Assembly: GCA_044892525.1 (NCBI GenBank)
Contig: CM097886.1
Location: forward strand, 163,668,312-163,732,311
DNA length: 64,000 bases
Reading direction: 5' to 3'
Source: Schmidtea polychroa
Lineage: Eukaryota
Below are positions 35,607 through 48,632 of the stretch, in pieces. The position numbers were made by a program, and so were the translations under genes. How positions within the stretch are numbered: the stretch's first letter is position 1; the number at the start of each line of letters is the position of its first letter. The notes beneath the pieces are model-generated. The model saw nothing but the letters and a program-made list of their open reading frames with translations, did no database searches and was not told where the DNA came from.

Positions 35607-37496
35607 TTAGGTAAAGAAGTAGTCAATTTCTTCCTGTTGTCGAATTTCGTCCAAATTTACTTCTTCACGCTGTACTAATCGTTGTAATGGCTCAGAGCGA
35701 TAGACGACCTTTCTACCTTTCATGTATCTTGGTGGTAAATTAAATGATTCAATGGCTTTCTGTAATCTTTCTGCTCGTGTTTCCTTGTTTAGTTTATTCA
35801 AACGTGCACGATTAGCTTGTCTTTTGCGTTCATCGAGTCGTTTTTTAGTTTGAATAAGAGTCTTTTTGTCATATTTTTGAAGATCCACATACAAATAATC
35901 AACGAGACTTTCTATTCGTTTAAGCATGTCAATAGGTCCTCTTTCATCAGAATCTTGTTCGTCAAAAATACAAAAGTAAAGAACAATTATCTGTTCAATG
36001 ACATATTCAAATAATTCATCTAAATTCGATTTTTTGAAACCTTCCAAACAAAAGAAAGCTTTGTATCTTTCAATTGTATAAAATTTGTCCAGCGAAGAAA
36101 ATTTTTCTTCGAGATATTCAATGGAACTTTCTATTATGTCGATTTTGCTATTTTCCACCTGAATGATCTCATTAATATCATTTGTCTGTTTATTCATTTC
36201 CGTTTTGATGTCAAGCATTTTCTTTTTTATAAGATCACACATTTCTTCTTGTTCCTGTACGTTTTCAATTAGGCTCAGGTTTTTTATTTCCAAATTAGTA
36301 AAAATGGCCGCCAAATCCATCGGATCATGAAGCATTTCGTTTTGAGAGGATTTAAACGAATCTTCAGTAAACTCCAAATCATCTAAGGAACTTTTTGAAT
36401 CTCTGGGAGAATCCTTTTTTATATAGGAACATTCTTTTTTACTACTAAAATCTGATAGAATCAATAATTTTAGATCTTCTAATTTGTCTTTAGTAAAGGT
36501 GTAAAATTGTGGAAATGAGTTTGAAAAATTTTCGAAGGTATAATTATTGTTTTTTATAGTGATGGACGTTTTTACAATTTCTTCTGATTCTTCGTCTGAA
36601 CTATATACCATCTGAAACTCTTGTCTCTCAAATTCTTTTAATTGTGTAGAAAGAGTCTTTTCATTCGTCAAGCTAAATTTCGGACCAATATCATCAATAT
36701 CTCGGTTATGGAAGCTTTTTATTAAAAATAATTTTAGATTTCTTAAACTTTCCAACTCTTCTTCCAATTGGATACATTCAGAATTAAGTTTCGAAGAAAT
36801 AAATTTAGCCCTTTTCAACTTTTTGATCACCTTTTCCTTTCTAAACACCTGCGCGTCTGCCCGCCTTATGATTTTGTACGTTCTTTGACAAACAGATTTC
36901 AAATACACTTCATTTTCTTTTTTTTCCTTCTCCAGTAGTTCCTCTTCGTTTCTTAAGAACTTTTCTTCATTCTTAATTAATTCGTCAAGTCTAGCGATAT
37001 TTTTCTGTGTAATTTTTCCCGCCAAATCTAATAAACAGACTTCTCGCTTTGAGATAATAAAATCATAATTTGGAACAGTTTCAAATTTATGAGCCGGTTT
37101 TAAAGGAGGCGGGTCGTCATTATTTGCTTCAGCCAATTCTTTACGATTTAATATGTATTGAAAGTTTTTAAGAGAATATTTGGCGTTGAATTTTATTCTC
37201 GTATCTCGGTTAACGTTTTCAGTGACTGAATAATTTCGAATCTTGTTTCGATTGAAGATTTTTCGTTGCTGCTCTAAGTCTTTCAGTTCGTTAGTATGCT
37301 TATATTGAGTGGCCATAAACGGGTTTTCATTGCAGAATGGCTCGGTCAAATATCCAGGAACTATTGGTTTCTCTAAGGTTGAGGTTTTGTCGGCAGGTTT
37401 GATCCGACCAAATTCCAGAATATCATTCTCAAATTTTGAAATTGTAGGAAAATTGACATTTATTCCAAATGTTCCAATTTTTGGTTTTCTAAACAT
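35607..37496 (-). CDS. CFAP100: CFAP100/CCDC38-family paralog 2, single ORF of 629 aa
   Basis: KREVCLLDLA, DPMDLAAIFTNLEIKNLSLIENVQEQEEMC, GRKVVYRS and terminal YFFT; colinear with paralog 1. Confidence 0.8.
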   Translation of the reverse strand: MFRKPKIGTFGINVNFPTISKFENDILEFGRIKPADKTSTLEKPIVPGYLTEPFCNENPFMATQYKHTNELKDLEQQRKIFNRNKIRNYSVTENVNRDTRIKFNAKYSLKNFQYILNRKELAEANNDDPPPLKPAHKFETVPNYDFIISKREVCLLDLAGKITQKNIARLDELIKNEEKFLRNEEELLEKEKKENEVYLKSVCQRTYKIIRRADAQVFRKEKVIKKLKRAKFISSKLNSECIQLEEELESLRNLKLFLIKSFHNRDIDDIGPKFSLTNEKTLSTQLKEFERQEFQMVYSSDEESEEIVKTSITIKNNNYTFENFSNSFPQFYTFTKDKLEDLKLLILSDFSSKKECSYIKKDSPRDSKSSLDDLEFTEDSFKSSQNEMLHDPMDLAAIFTNLEIKNLSLIENVQEQEEMCDLIKKKMLDIKTEMNKQTNDINEIIQVENSKIDIIESSIEYLEEKFSSLDKFYTIERYKAFFCLEGFKKSNLDELFEYVIEQIIVLYFCIFDEQDSDERGPIDMLKRIESLVDYLYVDLQKYDKKTLIQTKKRLDERKRQANRARLNKLNKETRAERLQKAIESFNLPPRYMKGRKVVYRSEPLQRLVQREEVNLDEIRQQEEIDYFFT

Positions 37497-37572
37497 TACA
37501 CAAATAATGTTTATAATAATGATATAACTATTAAATATGGATTAATAATAATACTAATATTTAATACTACTA

Positions 37573-38329
37573 CCGTATTTCCCCGAAAATAAGACACTGT
37601 CTTACTTCAAATTTTCAGAAAAAAAGCTACCTAGGGCTTATTTTCGGGTAATTAGATTGTTGATCATATAAATGCAATTTTTGTTGAAACAAAGTATCCA
37701 CTGTGAAAAGTTTATCTATATCACATTATTTCATTTTAATGAAAAATAAATAACACACATTTCACATGCGTGACGCCTGTATACCATGCGAATCACGATT
37801 TATGGTCTAATATCTTTATGTTTCGTTTATAGTGACTTATGAATGTGACTAACTTTTTTCAGTCAAAAAAAATTATTTTTTTTCGGGCATAACAACCTTA
37901 TGACGTAAAATCGAAAGAAAGTGCCAGGGATAAATAAAAAAAATATAAATTTTATAACAATATGCTAAAATGCAATTGCCCGAGCAATTCAATATGTTCG
38001 AACCTAAACTACACGTGAAGGAGGTGTATGTAAGACATCTGAACAGAACATGTATTAAAATACCTAAAAACCCATGTAAAACCGACACATGTGATTTTAA
38101 AATTATGGTCATGATCATTGGATTGGGGATTGAATAACTAACAGATTTGCCAGTATTTGACACTTTAAAGCATATATTTATGGCTAATTTGAATTAAAAT
38201 TACTATTTTTTTCGTTATGTAAATAAGTAAACAGATCTTTCAAGGTAGGTCTTATTTTCAGGGTAGGTCTTATATTTTTTGTGTGCGAATAATTCATGCT
38301 AGGTCTTATTTTCGAGGTAGGTCTTATTA
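37573..38329. mobile_element. Non-autonomous Tc1/pogo-like element; right end lost in N gap 38330-38462
   Basis: TA followed by CCGTATTTCCCCGAAAATAAGAC at the left end; repeated GGTCTTATTTTC subterminal motifs before the gap. Confidence 0.6.
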
Positions 38330-38488
38330 NNNNNNNNNNNNNNNNNNNNNNNNNNNNNNNNNNNNNNNNNNNNNNNNNNNNNNNNNNNNNNNNNNNNNNN
38401 NNNNNNNNNNNNNNNNNNNNNNNNNNNNNNNNNNNNNNNNNNNNNNNNNNNNNNNNNNNNNNTTAATATTTATAAAATGTATATTCTG

Positions 38489-38734
38489 TAAGTTGACCAG
38501 ATTTTTAGATGGGCAAAGCGGGACAACTTTGAAGGAGGGGGTATCAACAAAAATTTTGATATAGAATAAAAATAATATGGTAATATTTTTTGATTTTTAA
38601 CATAAGTACAATTTATAAATTTAAAAAATTGCATAATACTTTATTCCTTGACATAATTTTTATTCATTTTGACGCGGGATAAATCGTGAAAAATCGGGAC
38701 TGTCCCGCCAAAAGCGGGACGTCTGGTCACCTTA
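38489..38734. mobile_element. 246-bp hAT-type MITE
   Basis: TIRs TAAGTTGACCAGA / TCTGGTCACCTTA; 8-bp flanks ATATTCTG / TTATTCTG; repeated CGGGAC subterminal motifs. Confidence 0.75.
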
Positions 38735-39399
38735 TTATTCTGTCACACTTTGTCGATAATACCTTACTTCGAATTAAATTGTCAGGTCATGATTTTAGCA
38801 ATGCTCGCCCACATAGTTCACTGAACATTAGTGAGACGAGCCCTCAGTGTCTTGTTCAAGAGTAAAGGTCTCAAATGTGGTATGTTAGCATGTGTGTGTG
38901 CATAGCTTATTAAAAAAATTCAAATTATTTTAATTTTAATTATTTTCTGATTTAGTTATTATCATTTTAACTAGCGATTTTGTGTAATAATTATTTATTT
39001 GATTTCTAAATTTTTATTTTTTATTTAATTTTTATTAACTTCGATGCCTTTTGTTTGATTTTATCATTTTTCAGGCAATTCGGTTTGAATTAATATTTAT
39101 TTTAATTCTAATTTTTCATATTTTATATAACTTTCATTGATTTTCAGCGCCATATTGGATTTTGACATTTCTTTCAATTTTGACTGATTTTTATCGTTTT
39201 TTCAATATGTAATTTTTAATTATTTGGATTTTATACTTATTTTCTAATGTTATTTTTTATAAATATTTTATTTCTAGCTCCTAATTTCCTTTATTTCCAT
39301 AAATTCGAATCGGTTTTAACTCTATTCCTGTTATTTTTATGTTTCTTTTGTGCTATACTTATTGTCTTCTATTTCAATTTACTTTCGTGTTTTGTGATT

Positions 39400-40215
39400 T
39401 TGAAGTTGTGTTTGTTACGTTTGACGTATTAATTTGGTGAATTCTCAACTTTTAAATTTTTAATCGACTTAATGCGATGTCTTCATGCTATGTACATCGC
39501 AATTTGGAAACTGGTATGGCGGATGCTGAATAATGAGACGAGTTCAACTATAATAAAATAAAATCAATGGGGGGTCCCAAAAAGGAATAAATTACAAAAA
39601 ACAAAAATTAATTAAAAATTAATTAACTAATGAAGAACCCGAGCTAATGAGAAACCCGAGCTAATGGAGAACCCGAGCTAATGGGAAATCCGAGACAATT
39701 GAGAAAACTTGAATTAGCAATCCAATTTTGGGAAGGCAATTAATTTAGCCGAATAAAATAAAAGTGACAAGAGCCGTCAAAGAAAAAGGGCCAATTCCCT
39801 TAAATTGAATCAGACCTACAAGAGGAAGCCCGGGGGAAGTAAGACCAAAACTAATTTGCAAAAATAAAGTCAATTACCAAGTGGGTATAAAAGCAACTGG
39901 CAAGAAAACAAAACTGCCAGTTGGTCGAAGAAAAGAAAGTAGAAGTTTGACGAGAGCGAAAAAGGAAACATTAAAGTTAGTAGAAAATAAACAATTTAAA
40001 AAATCGAACGTACCAGAATGGGACATCTCCCGTTGGAAGATCTACCCCTGCGTGAGATTTGTTGGCAAATTGAAAAGTACAGACAAAACCTGATTGTATC
40101 AAGTGTGAGTAAACTAATAAAAAGTGTAAAAGTGTAACTGCATCAGTGTTAATAAAGATTTTGTGTTGGGTCGTTCATTTATTTTGAAAAGAACACAAAG
40201 AAGTCAGACCCAACA
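39400..40215 (+). repeat. LTR-like repeat with 4-5 copies of a 17-bp unit (AACCCGAGCTAATG...), ending CCCAACA
   Basis: Inverted relative at 11.7-12.8 kb. Terminal hairpin TGTTGGGTC (40165) / GACCCAACA (40215). Start not defined. Confidence 0.5.
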
Positions 40216-40228
40216 ATTTTAATTAATA

Positions 40229-40464
40229 CTCCCTCTGTCCAAAAATGATAGTCCAGTTTGACTTTAAATCGTAACTTTAAATACGTAACAGTGACACTTA
40301 AAATGCAGTTTTGCTATTTGTTCAATCAATAAAATAAAATTATTTAATGTGTTTTTACTGTAAAAGGTTTTACAAAACCGTTCAATTTTTTATATTCTCT
40401 ATTGACAATCATTTTGGGAAAAAGGCTAAAATGCAACTAGACTATCATTTTTGAACAGAGGGAG
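40229..40464. mobile_element. 236-bp Stowaway-like (Tc1/mariner) MITE
   Basis: TIRs CTCCCTCTGT(C/T)CAAAAATGATAGTC(C/T)AGTT, with TA on both flanks (40227-40228, 40465-40466). Confidence 0.85.
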
Positions 40465-40816
40465 TAATAATTTAATTCTGAAAAAAAATCATAGAGTTAT
40501 TTGAAATATAATTCTTTTTAATTAGTAATTAAAATATTAAATTAACATAATCAAATAAAAATAAAATACAATTAAATGGGAAATTAATAAGTATCAAAAC
40601 CTGATAAAATCCTCCAGGCTTGGGCTACAGGTCAGACAGTGAATACAAAAGTGCAAGAAATTTAATCTGATAAGCAAGATTTGACCACTTTCAACTGACC
40701 GGATTCACCGGTCTAAAGCTAGGGTGTCACTTTCATGTGCAGCCACTGAAAAAATACAAATTAATTCTCTTCTATTATTTTTTACCTAATTTACAGGCTT
40801 CTTAAAGTGAACCCCT

Positions 40817-43800
40817 TGTTGGGCTAGAACTGATTTCTAAACCCAAAGTTAGGAATGGGACGAAATGTGTCAGTACACAACACGCATACCCAGCATTAAG
40901 TTTACTTAAATAAAAATATATAAAACACCAAGTAAACAATGATAATAGAGAGATAATATACCCAAAAATAAAACATCTGAATTAAAAATAAAATAAAACA
41001 CGAGCAAGAAGTATTACACGAAAACTTACTCAAATATAACCGAAAGACATAAAACAACAAAAAACAAATTCGAATAAAGGCAATTAGTAAAAATTAAAAA
41101 AAGAAAATTAAAGAAAATCTTCATAAAATCTTACGTAAAGAAAATTATATCGATATTTTGAATAAAAATCCAGAACAATTCATAAAAATGGCGAAATCCA
41201 TCATGACGGCCAAACGACCCAATAAAATTTATAAAAAATAAATATTTTAGTTTAAAAAATAAATATTTTAGAAAAGAAATCATAAAAAACAATTTAAAAA
41301 TAAGAAATAGATTAAATTTAGCATGGAATGTTCTGGAAATGCTGAAATCCATCATGGAGGCAAATTTAATAAAAAATAATTCGAAAATAAAATTTCAAAA
41401 ATAAAAACAAAAATTCTTACTGAAAAATCGCCATTAAAATCGATAAAAATTAAAAATCGAATGTTCGAGAATTAAAATAATTCGAATTTGTTTTACTGCA
41501 TCAATGCACGCATGTATACTTACACGTCAAACAGAGGCTATATAAACTAACACATTTCGTCACTTTGAAAGGAAGGAAAAAATGCAAATGAATATTTTTA
41601 CTCTTATGCCAAATTTTTGGTTTTGATTTTTCTGAGATTGTAGGTAAGGACGATTTCATTGTGAATTATAAATTATTATTATTGAAACCTTGTTTTCATT
41701 ATTTCTTTTTAACTATAGAAATGTAGGTTTGAGTGAGATCGTCGGTTATCATTGATTTTGAAGCGAGATCCCAGCCAACCCTGCACCTATGCACTTTATC
41801 ATCGATGAGTAAACAGCCTACAATGATTGCAGGCCACTGCCTGGCACGCACTTATCAATATTATTGGGTTTTTTTTTTGTTTGTTCAGGTCATTCGGAGG
41901 TCGCACCACTTCATGGTTCTGCCATGGAGTTAAGTCGATGAAATCCTCCGTCTGACTCTACCTATTTATTATAGGTCAGCCGTAAAGGGTTGACTTACCA
42001 CACAACAGTAAGGTTTGTCGTAGTGGTCACAGTGGGGCCGCGAAAGCAAACACTCTTCCCGACTTTCAATACATGAATAACTTACATAGTTAAAATCTAC
42101 ATCCAAAATCATCACAATACAATACACTAAGGTTAATAAACAGAGTAGATCTCAGACCTAAATTAATCACAACTCTACAATTCACAATTAATGTAGACGG
42201 TTAAATATCATCAAGAACCCACTCTACCTATACGTTTGTCGAATCTAGATTCATGAATGTCTTAAATAAATTTTTTTAGTAATAGTGTAAAGCAAAGATT
42301 TTTAAAGATGATTAATTTAGTAGTGATAGTATTCATAAAGGTGTTCGACATGCGCATCAGCAAGACTTGGATTTTAAATTGAATAGACTCTAAACTAACT
42401 ATAAAAATACCAATCGTAAACCCATAAAAGTATAAACTATCCTCTCAATTTCATAAAAATATGAATTATACTTATAGATTCAATTTCTTCAAAATATAAA
42501 TTATGATTAGTTATAAAAGTATAAATTATAAATTTAATTTCCTAAGAATATAAATTACAAATCTATATTGACGGTAAAATTATAAATTATAACTCTAAGT
42601 TAATTACAAAAGTATAAATTATAAAATTATATTAGCCTTAGAACATAAACTATAAATTTAACTTAACCTCATAAAAATATAAATTATAAACTTAAAAGTA
42701 TAAATTATAAAGTTATATTAGCTTTAAAAATATAAATTATAACCTTAACTTCATAAAAATATAAATTATAAAATTATATTGGCTTTAAAATATAAACCAT
42801 AAATTTAACTTCATAAAAATATAAATTATAAACTTAAAAATATAAATTATAAAATTATATTAGCTTTAGAAATATAAACTATGAATTGAACTTCACCAAA
42901 TATAAATTATAAACTTAAAAATATAAATTATAAAATTATATTAGCTTTAAAATATAAACCATAAAATTAGCTTCATAAAAATATAAATTATAAACTTAAA
43001 AATATAAATTATAAAATTATATTAGCTTTAGAAATATAAACTATAAATTGAACTTCACCAAATATAAATTATAAACTTAAAAGTATAAATTATAAAATTA
43101 TATTAGCTTTAAAATATAAACTATAAATTTAACTTAACTTAGATTGCCTTTAACATCATAGTTGAAAATTTTTCATCAAAGACCCCCCATAAACCATATA
43201 GTCATCAACTACCACCTAAATATACTAAATTAGCTTATCTTAATATACATTTAACTTATATTATATTTAAAACTATAAATTGTAAATTTTTATGAATGAC
43301 CCCCCTCAAAATCATACAGTCATTACCCATTACCTAAGCATACTAAATTGACTTATTTTTAATATATATTTAACTTACATTATAATAAAAAATATAAGTT
43401 GTAAAATTTCATGAATGACCCCCCTCAAAATCATACAGTCATTACCCATTATCTAAGCATACTAAATTGACTTATTTTTAATATATATTTAACTTACATT
43501 ATAATAAAAAATATAAGTTGTAAAATTTCATGAATGACCCCCTCAAAATTATACAGTCATTACCCATTACCTAAGTATTTTAAATTAACTTATCTTAATA
43601 TATATTTAACTTATATTATATTTTAAAATATAAATTGAAAATTTTCATAAATGACCCCCCTTCAAATCATGTAGCCATTAACTATTCCTTAGGTACACTA
43701 AATTATATCATCTTCGTATAGAGTTAAATTATATTTCAAATCAAACCAAAAAATAAATAATTCCATAATTTTCGCAAAAGATACTCCCATATGTGGGAAT

Positions 43801-45939
43801 CTTGTAAAAAAATAAACTTACATTTATTATTATTATTAACATTATTATTATTATCGTTATTAATATTATTATTATTATTATTACTATTATTATTATTATT
43901 AGTATTATTACCATTAACATTACCACTCTTATCATTATTATTACTATTATCATTACTATTATTATTATATTATTAAAATAATTATCTTTATTTCAAAAAA
44001 TAAAATTATAAAACCGATTATTGATTTTGGGATTCCCCTATCTCTAAATTTAGTCTCAATGGCCCTATCTTCCAATAAAGTTACGGAAAATCACTAAAAT
44101 CTATTTTTAGTAACACCCCCCCCGGAAAACGACATCAATATTATTAATTTAAATTATATCCATATATAGGTATGTGTGTATATGTATATGTATATATATA
44201 TGTGTGTGTATATATATGTGTGTGTGTGTATGTACATACAGATTTATAAAGCAACCTTATAAAAATACGATAACCTTCCCCCTCAAGACCCCTGTTATGT
44301 GATGGTCACAACCCCCTTAAGGTGATGGAGCGAGGTTAGAGTAGTTTACTGAAGTAATTTAGTAGAATCATTTATTGATTTATTAGAATTATTGGATTTA
44401 TTTTTAACTAAATCAAAAGAGACTAAATTTATTTTTAACTAGATCAAAAAAAAAGAAAAACAAAGACTAAGTTTATTGATTTCGATCATCAACTTTATTC
44501 ATATAATTGTTTCTTTGAATCATAGTTATACCAAGGTCCTTCGAGCACGGTTGATGGACCATCCCAATGAAATACATTTCCTGGAGTTGGAAGACTTCTG
44601 GATAATTCCTTATTTTCTGCTTCGTTCCTTTTGGTTCAATGACTTACATATTGATTTGACGTAATATTGTTGGATGGCCAACTATATTCCTTGCATCTCT
44701 TTTTGAGTAGTCATTGTCAGATAATTCCGCCAGGAAGATTAGTTGGTGGAACTGACCTTGGGGCAATCAAACCTTCGTACCTCACTGAATTATTATCAAC
44801 TCGATTGCTAAGGAAATTAATGAAGTTAATTAATTAAATTAAGGAAGTTAATTACAATTTTCTCATTGGTGTTGTCAAATGATCTTTGCTCATTCGAGAT
44901 GTCATAATACATTATTGATCAATAGTAATTGTTCGGAGATTCGGCCAAATGCTGATATTCCTGAAATATTATGAAATTTTAGGATATAAATGCTTAAAAT
45001 TTTAATTTATTTACATTATTATATCAAAGTTAACTAAAATCATATATTTATTCAAAATTTGTTATTTAACATTAATTATAATTACTATAATAAAACAACG
45101 AAAATTTAAATAATGTTAAATAACTTTAACAAAACAAAAAGTAATAATGAAATCAAAATTCCATTACTTTATTTAAATTATTAGTTACCAACTTGTTCTA
45201 GTATTTTAACCTAATGAATTCAAGTATATTACGGAGTTAGTTTGGTCGTTTGAGGAATATTATAAATTGAAAATTTAAGTAGATTAGAATTATTTACTCT
45301 TCATAAGAACTTTTATGATTGTAATGAATCTAAACTTCATATATTAATATTACCCATAATTTACAAGTGATATTTGGATTATGTTAAAATAGGTTGTAAG
45401 TTAACTTAACTAAATTGAAATTTTCTTTTGATCAGGTTATCGTGGGGAATGCATGTTATCTTTATCATTTCTATTGTTTCAGTTTATTAAGTTTTTTTTT
45501 TATTTTCTAATTAAATTCATTAGTCTCAAAAATTTCTTGAGGTTTGTTTAATAAACTATGGTTATGTTTCACTTAATTTATATTCAAACATTTTAGATGT
45601 GGTGTTGTATGAACAGGCTTTAATAGAGTAATGTATGATTCCTGATGACTTATGATCGTTTGAGGATAGAAAGTTTGTATAGGCATAGTTGAGGAAGTGA
45701 TTATAATAAGGGACCTGCGTAAATCGGACATACATCTTCTAACGATAGTCCGTGAACCCATTAGAGTGCTCGACAATTACAGTGCAAGTAGTGCGCTCAC
45801 TTTTTGCGAGTACTCACCGTCTTGATACAGTACCAACGTTGATCGTTCAACGGGTATCAAGCGGTAAACAATGTTGTATCTTGGGTTACGCTGGTAACAG
45901 CACTAAAGAGCAAAATATTTGATCATCAGTAACCCACCA
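40817..45939 (+). repeat. 5' LTR (5,123 bp)
   Basis: TGTTGGG...CCCACCA. Contains an AT minisatellite (about 42430-43130), about five 119-bp units (about 43140-43740), (ATT)n and (TA/TG)n tracts. Confidence 0.96.
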
Positions 45940-45947
45940 TACAAATT

Positions 45948-45965
45948 TGGGGGCTCAGCCGGGAT
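45948..45965 (+). promoter_or_regulatory. Primer-binding site for tRNA-Pro
   Basis: TGGGGGCTCAGCCGGGAT matches the classic tRNA-Pro PBS TGGGGGCTCGTCCGGGAT at 16 of 18 positions; 8 nt downstream of the LTR end. Confidence 0.85.
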
Positions 45966-46827
45966 ATTTAAACTTTCTTGGTAAAGAACCTGTAAGTAGA
46001 CGGGAATGCATAGCAGTTTTTTGATCAGGAAATGAAATGCTTTATGCAAGAGTAAGAAAGATTGTTTTCTCAAATAACTAGACATGATGTGTGAATATGC
46101 GTGTATGATCAAAATGAATGTTGAATGTTGTACATGATGAATAAAATGTTTTAAATTATGTAAATATAGAAAATCGATAAAACTGGGTATGAGAATAATG
46201 TATGAGCGTTCCGTGTTGATGGGACAGAATGTTGATGGGTAAGAAATGAAATAAAAATCAAAAATAATAAAAATTGTAAATATAAACAACTAATACTTTG
46301 GATATAAGAAAATAATAAAAAATTCAAAAATAGGGAAAAGGGGGGGAATAGAAAATAACGGTATAAAGAAAAAGGGGATAAAGCATAAAACAGTGAATTG
46401 CGAAATAGAAATAGATAGATGATGCAATTAATTAAAAATAGGGGGAAGATGTAAAACTACGTTAAAGATTAAAGGGGTATATTGAGTATTTGATAAAATG
46501 ACTAAAATTATGGACAAGCTGGGATCAAAAGGGTTATGTAGACTAAGATAATAAACTAGATGGAACGGATAAGAATGCGCGGAACATCATTTAATGGATT
46601 GGGAGCCTAAACTAACAGGGTAAAACAGCTATTGAACTTACATAATTTGAATAAGGAAATAAATGTGTAGAGGTAAGCTAATTAAAGGGGAATAAGAACA
46701 CTTAATAAAATGCTGAATTAATAAAGTATAACTTGATGGAATTAACCGGCTACATTATAAAGAAACTTGAAAATTCGTAAATTTAACTAACAACTCACTA
46801 CAAAGATTGAATTGAAAAGCAGAGCAG

Positions 46828-47206
46828 TTGGCAAACACTCAAGAAGGGCTGATCTTAAAACCAAGACCAGTAGATGATGAATTGTGTATAATGATGAGAA
46901 TTGCTACACCAAATGTGGAATTAACTACTCAAAGAGTATATCAGATTCAGAATTTACGTTTAGATAAGGCCAAATTTAACATCAAATGGCAAGAATTAAA
47001 GATAAAAATTTAAACGGTTGAAGATGCGATAAGAGAGGCGATCGATAATGAATTCAAAGGTTGTGTGTGTAGAAGCAATGAGATAAAAATAATGATGGTA
47101 CCTTGCGGACATCTATGTTATTGCCAAGATTGTGCATTGAAACTGAAGCGATTGTAATGTATGTGACGCAAACATGAGAGAAAGAGTAGTAGTGTACCTC
47201 CCTGAG
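46828..47206 (+). pseudogene. Decayed ORF ending in a C3HC4 RING finger (IAP/MGRN1-like C-terminal RING)
   Basis: After an in-frame TAA (47011-47013) the frame reads GCVCRSNEIKIMMVPCGHLCYCQDCALKLKR; a +1 shift then gives CNVCDANMRERVVVYLP. Confidence 0.8.
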
Positions 47207-48632
47207 GGAGATGTAGAAAAATTGAAGATGATGAAATGAATTGCAGCCGAGTGTGAGTTAGTAGAATGTTAGTAAAACTAATTCCATAATAGCAACCGAA
47301 AGGTATAAAACATACGTTGAACATAGACATATGAAATACACAAAAGCCGTTAAATAAATAGACAAGCAACACACAAATTAAATTGGCGAAAGCCGTGAAT
47401 TAAATACAGGACTGGCTGGGATCGCATCAAGTGTGAGCTGATCTATAAGATCAGTACGATTACCATTTTTTTTTTCCTGTTTTTTTTTTTATTTTTGGCA
47501 TAGAGAGACAGGACCATAAGGGGATGAGAAGCATATCGTCCCTACGATGCTTACCCGGATGGGGAAATCCTGATCACCTTGATGAGAAGAGTATAGTAGG
47601 GCCCATCGCAAATGTTGGGGAGTTTCTGTCGAGTGACTGATCACCACTTGTGGGAAATGAACCAACGCGATTATTATATTTTTTGAATTTGGGAGACAAG
47701 GACAAACTAGAAGGTAAATAAAAAGAAAAAGATAAAAAATAAAAATTGAAAAGGTGCACCAAAAGATAAAAATTTTAATTATCCGAGAGCAGCTGCGGAT
47801 TTGAAGAAACCGTTTTTGGACTTCAAATTGGATGATATGAATTTTTCCCTAGCGAGTGATGAGGCACCCGAGTACAGCGGCTAACCACCGGACTGTAGTG
47901 TCCAGGAGATTATCAGCCAAGGGACTGATGATGCTGGATCACCCAATACAAAAACCCGGATACCCACACCGAGTATTGGGTGCATTTTTTTTTGATTGGC
48001 TAGCGGGACTTGATACAAAAACCCGGAAGGGTAGCGAGCGAGAGAGACCCAGTTACCTACACCGAGTATTAAGGAGCCCAGTGAAACGGTTGTGAGATGC
48101 GGGTCAACCGGTAAAGGACTCGTACTCAACAGGCAACCAAGATTGGACCAGTTGTGAGGCGGGAGACCGAGAGTCAACTGCATATCCAATTTCCTTTTAT
48201 CTTCACTAGTCGGGAGATCTGGTTCATCACTTTTGAGAATCAAGATCGAGGCGATTAGGCATTTCCGTGTTTTTTAAATCCTGATAGATAGGATGTTTTT
48301 TTCTTCGTGATTATTGCTAGCAGGGGTCGGTACAAAACCCGGATGCCCACACCGAGTACCGATAGGCCCAGTGAAACGGCGATGAGATTAGGGTTACCGG
48401 TATTAAACTCTTTTCAATAGGCGGCCAAGAATTGAGCTAGTTGTGAGGCCTCAGCAGATTAATAATTTGAGTAGGAGGAACCTTAAATTTTTAATTGGTC
48501 CGAAAGTCAACTGTCAACTCAATTTAATCGCGGTAGGGACGATAGTAGGTGTAAAAACTGAAGGCGTCTGGGGGTTGAAGAAACCTCATTTAGGGCATTT
48601 GAAACCGATCAGGGACCGAAGACCGCGAATAC

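Noticed and set aside
40780-40816. Giant element inserted into a host exon (CTAATTTTACAG acceptor-like site; ORF 61910-62179)
   Set aside because: Joining the flanks across the TSD gives early stops in all three plus frames and no recognisable protein.
43741-43976. Ile/Leu-rich ORFs here and at 59706-59941, 34708-34999 and 30639-31250
   Set aside because: These are translations of (ATT)n/(AAT)n microsatellites or N gaps.
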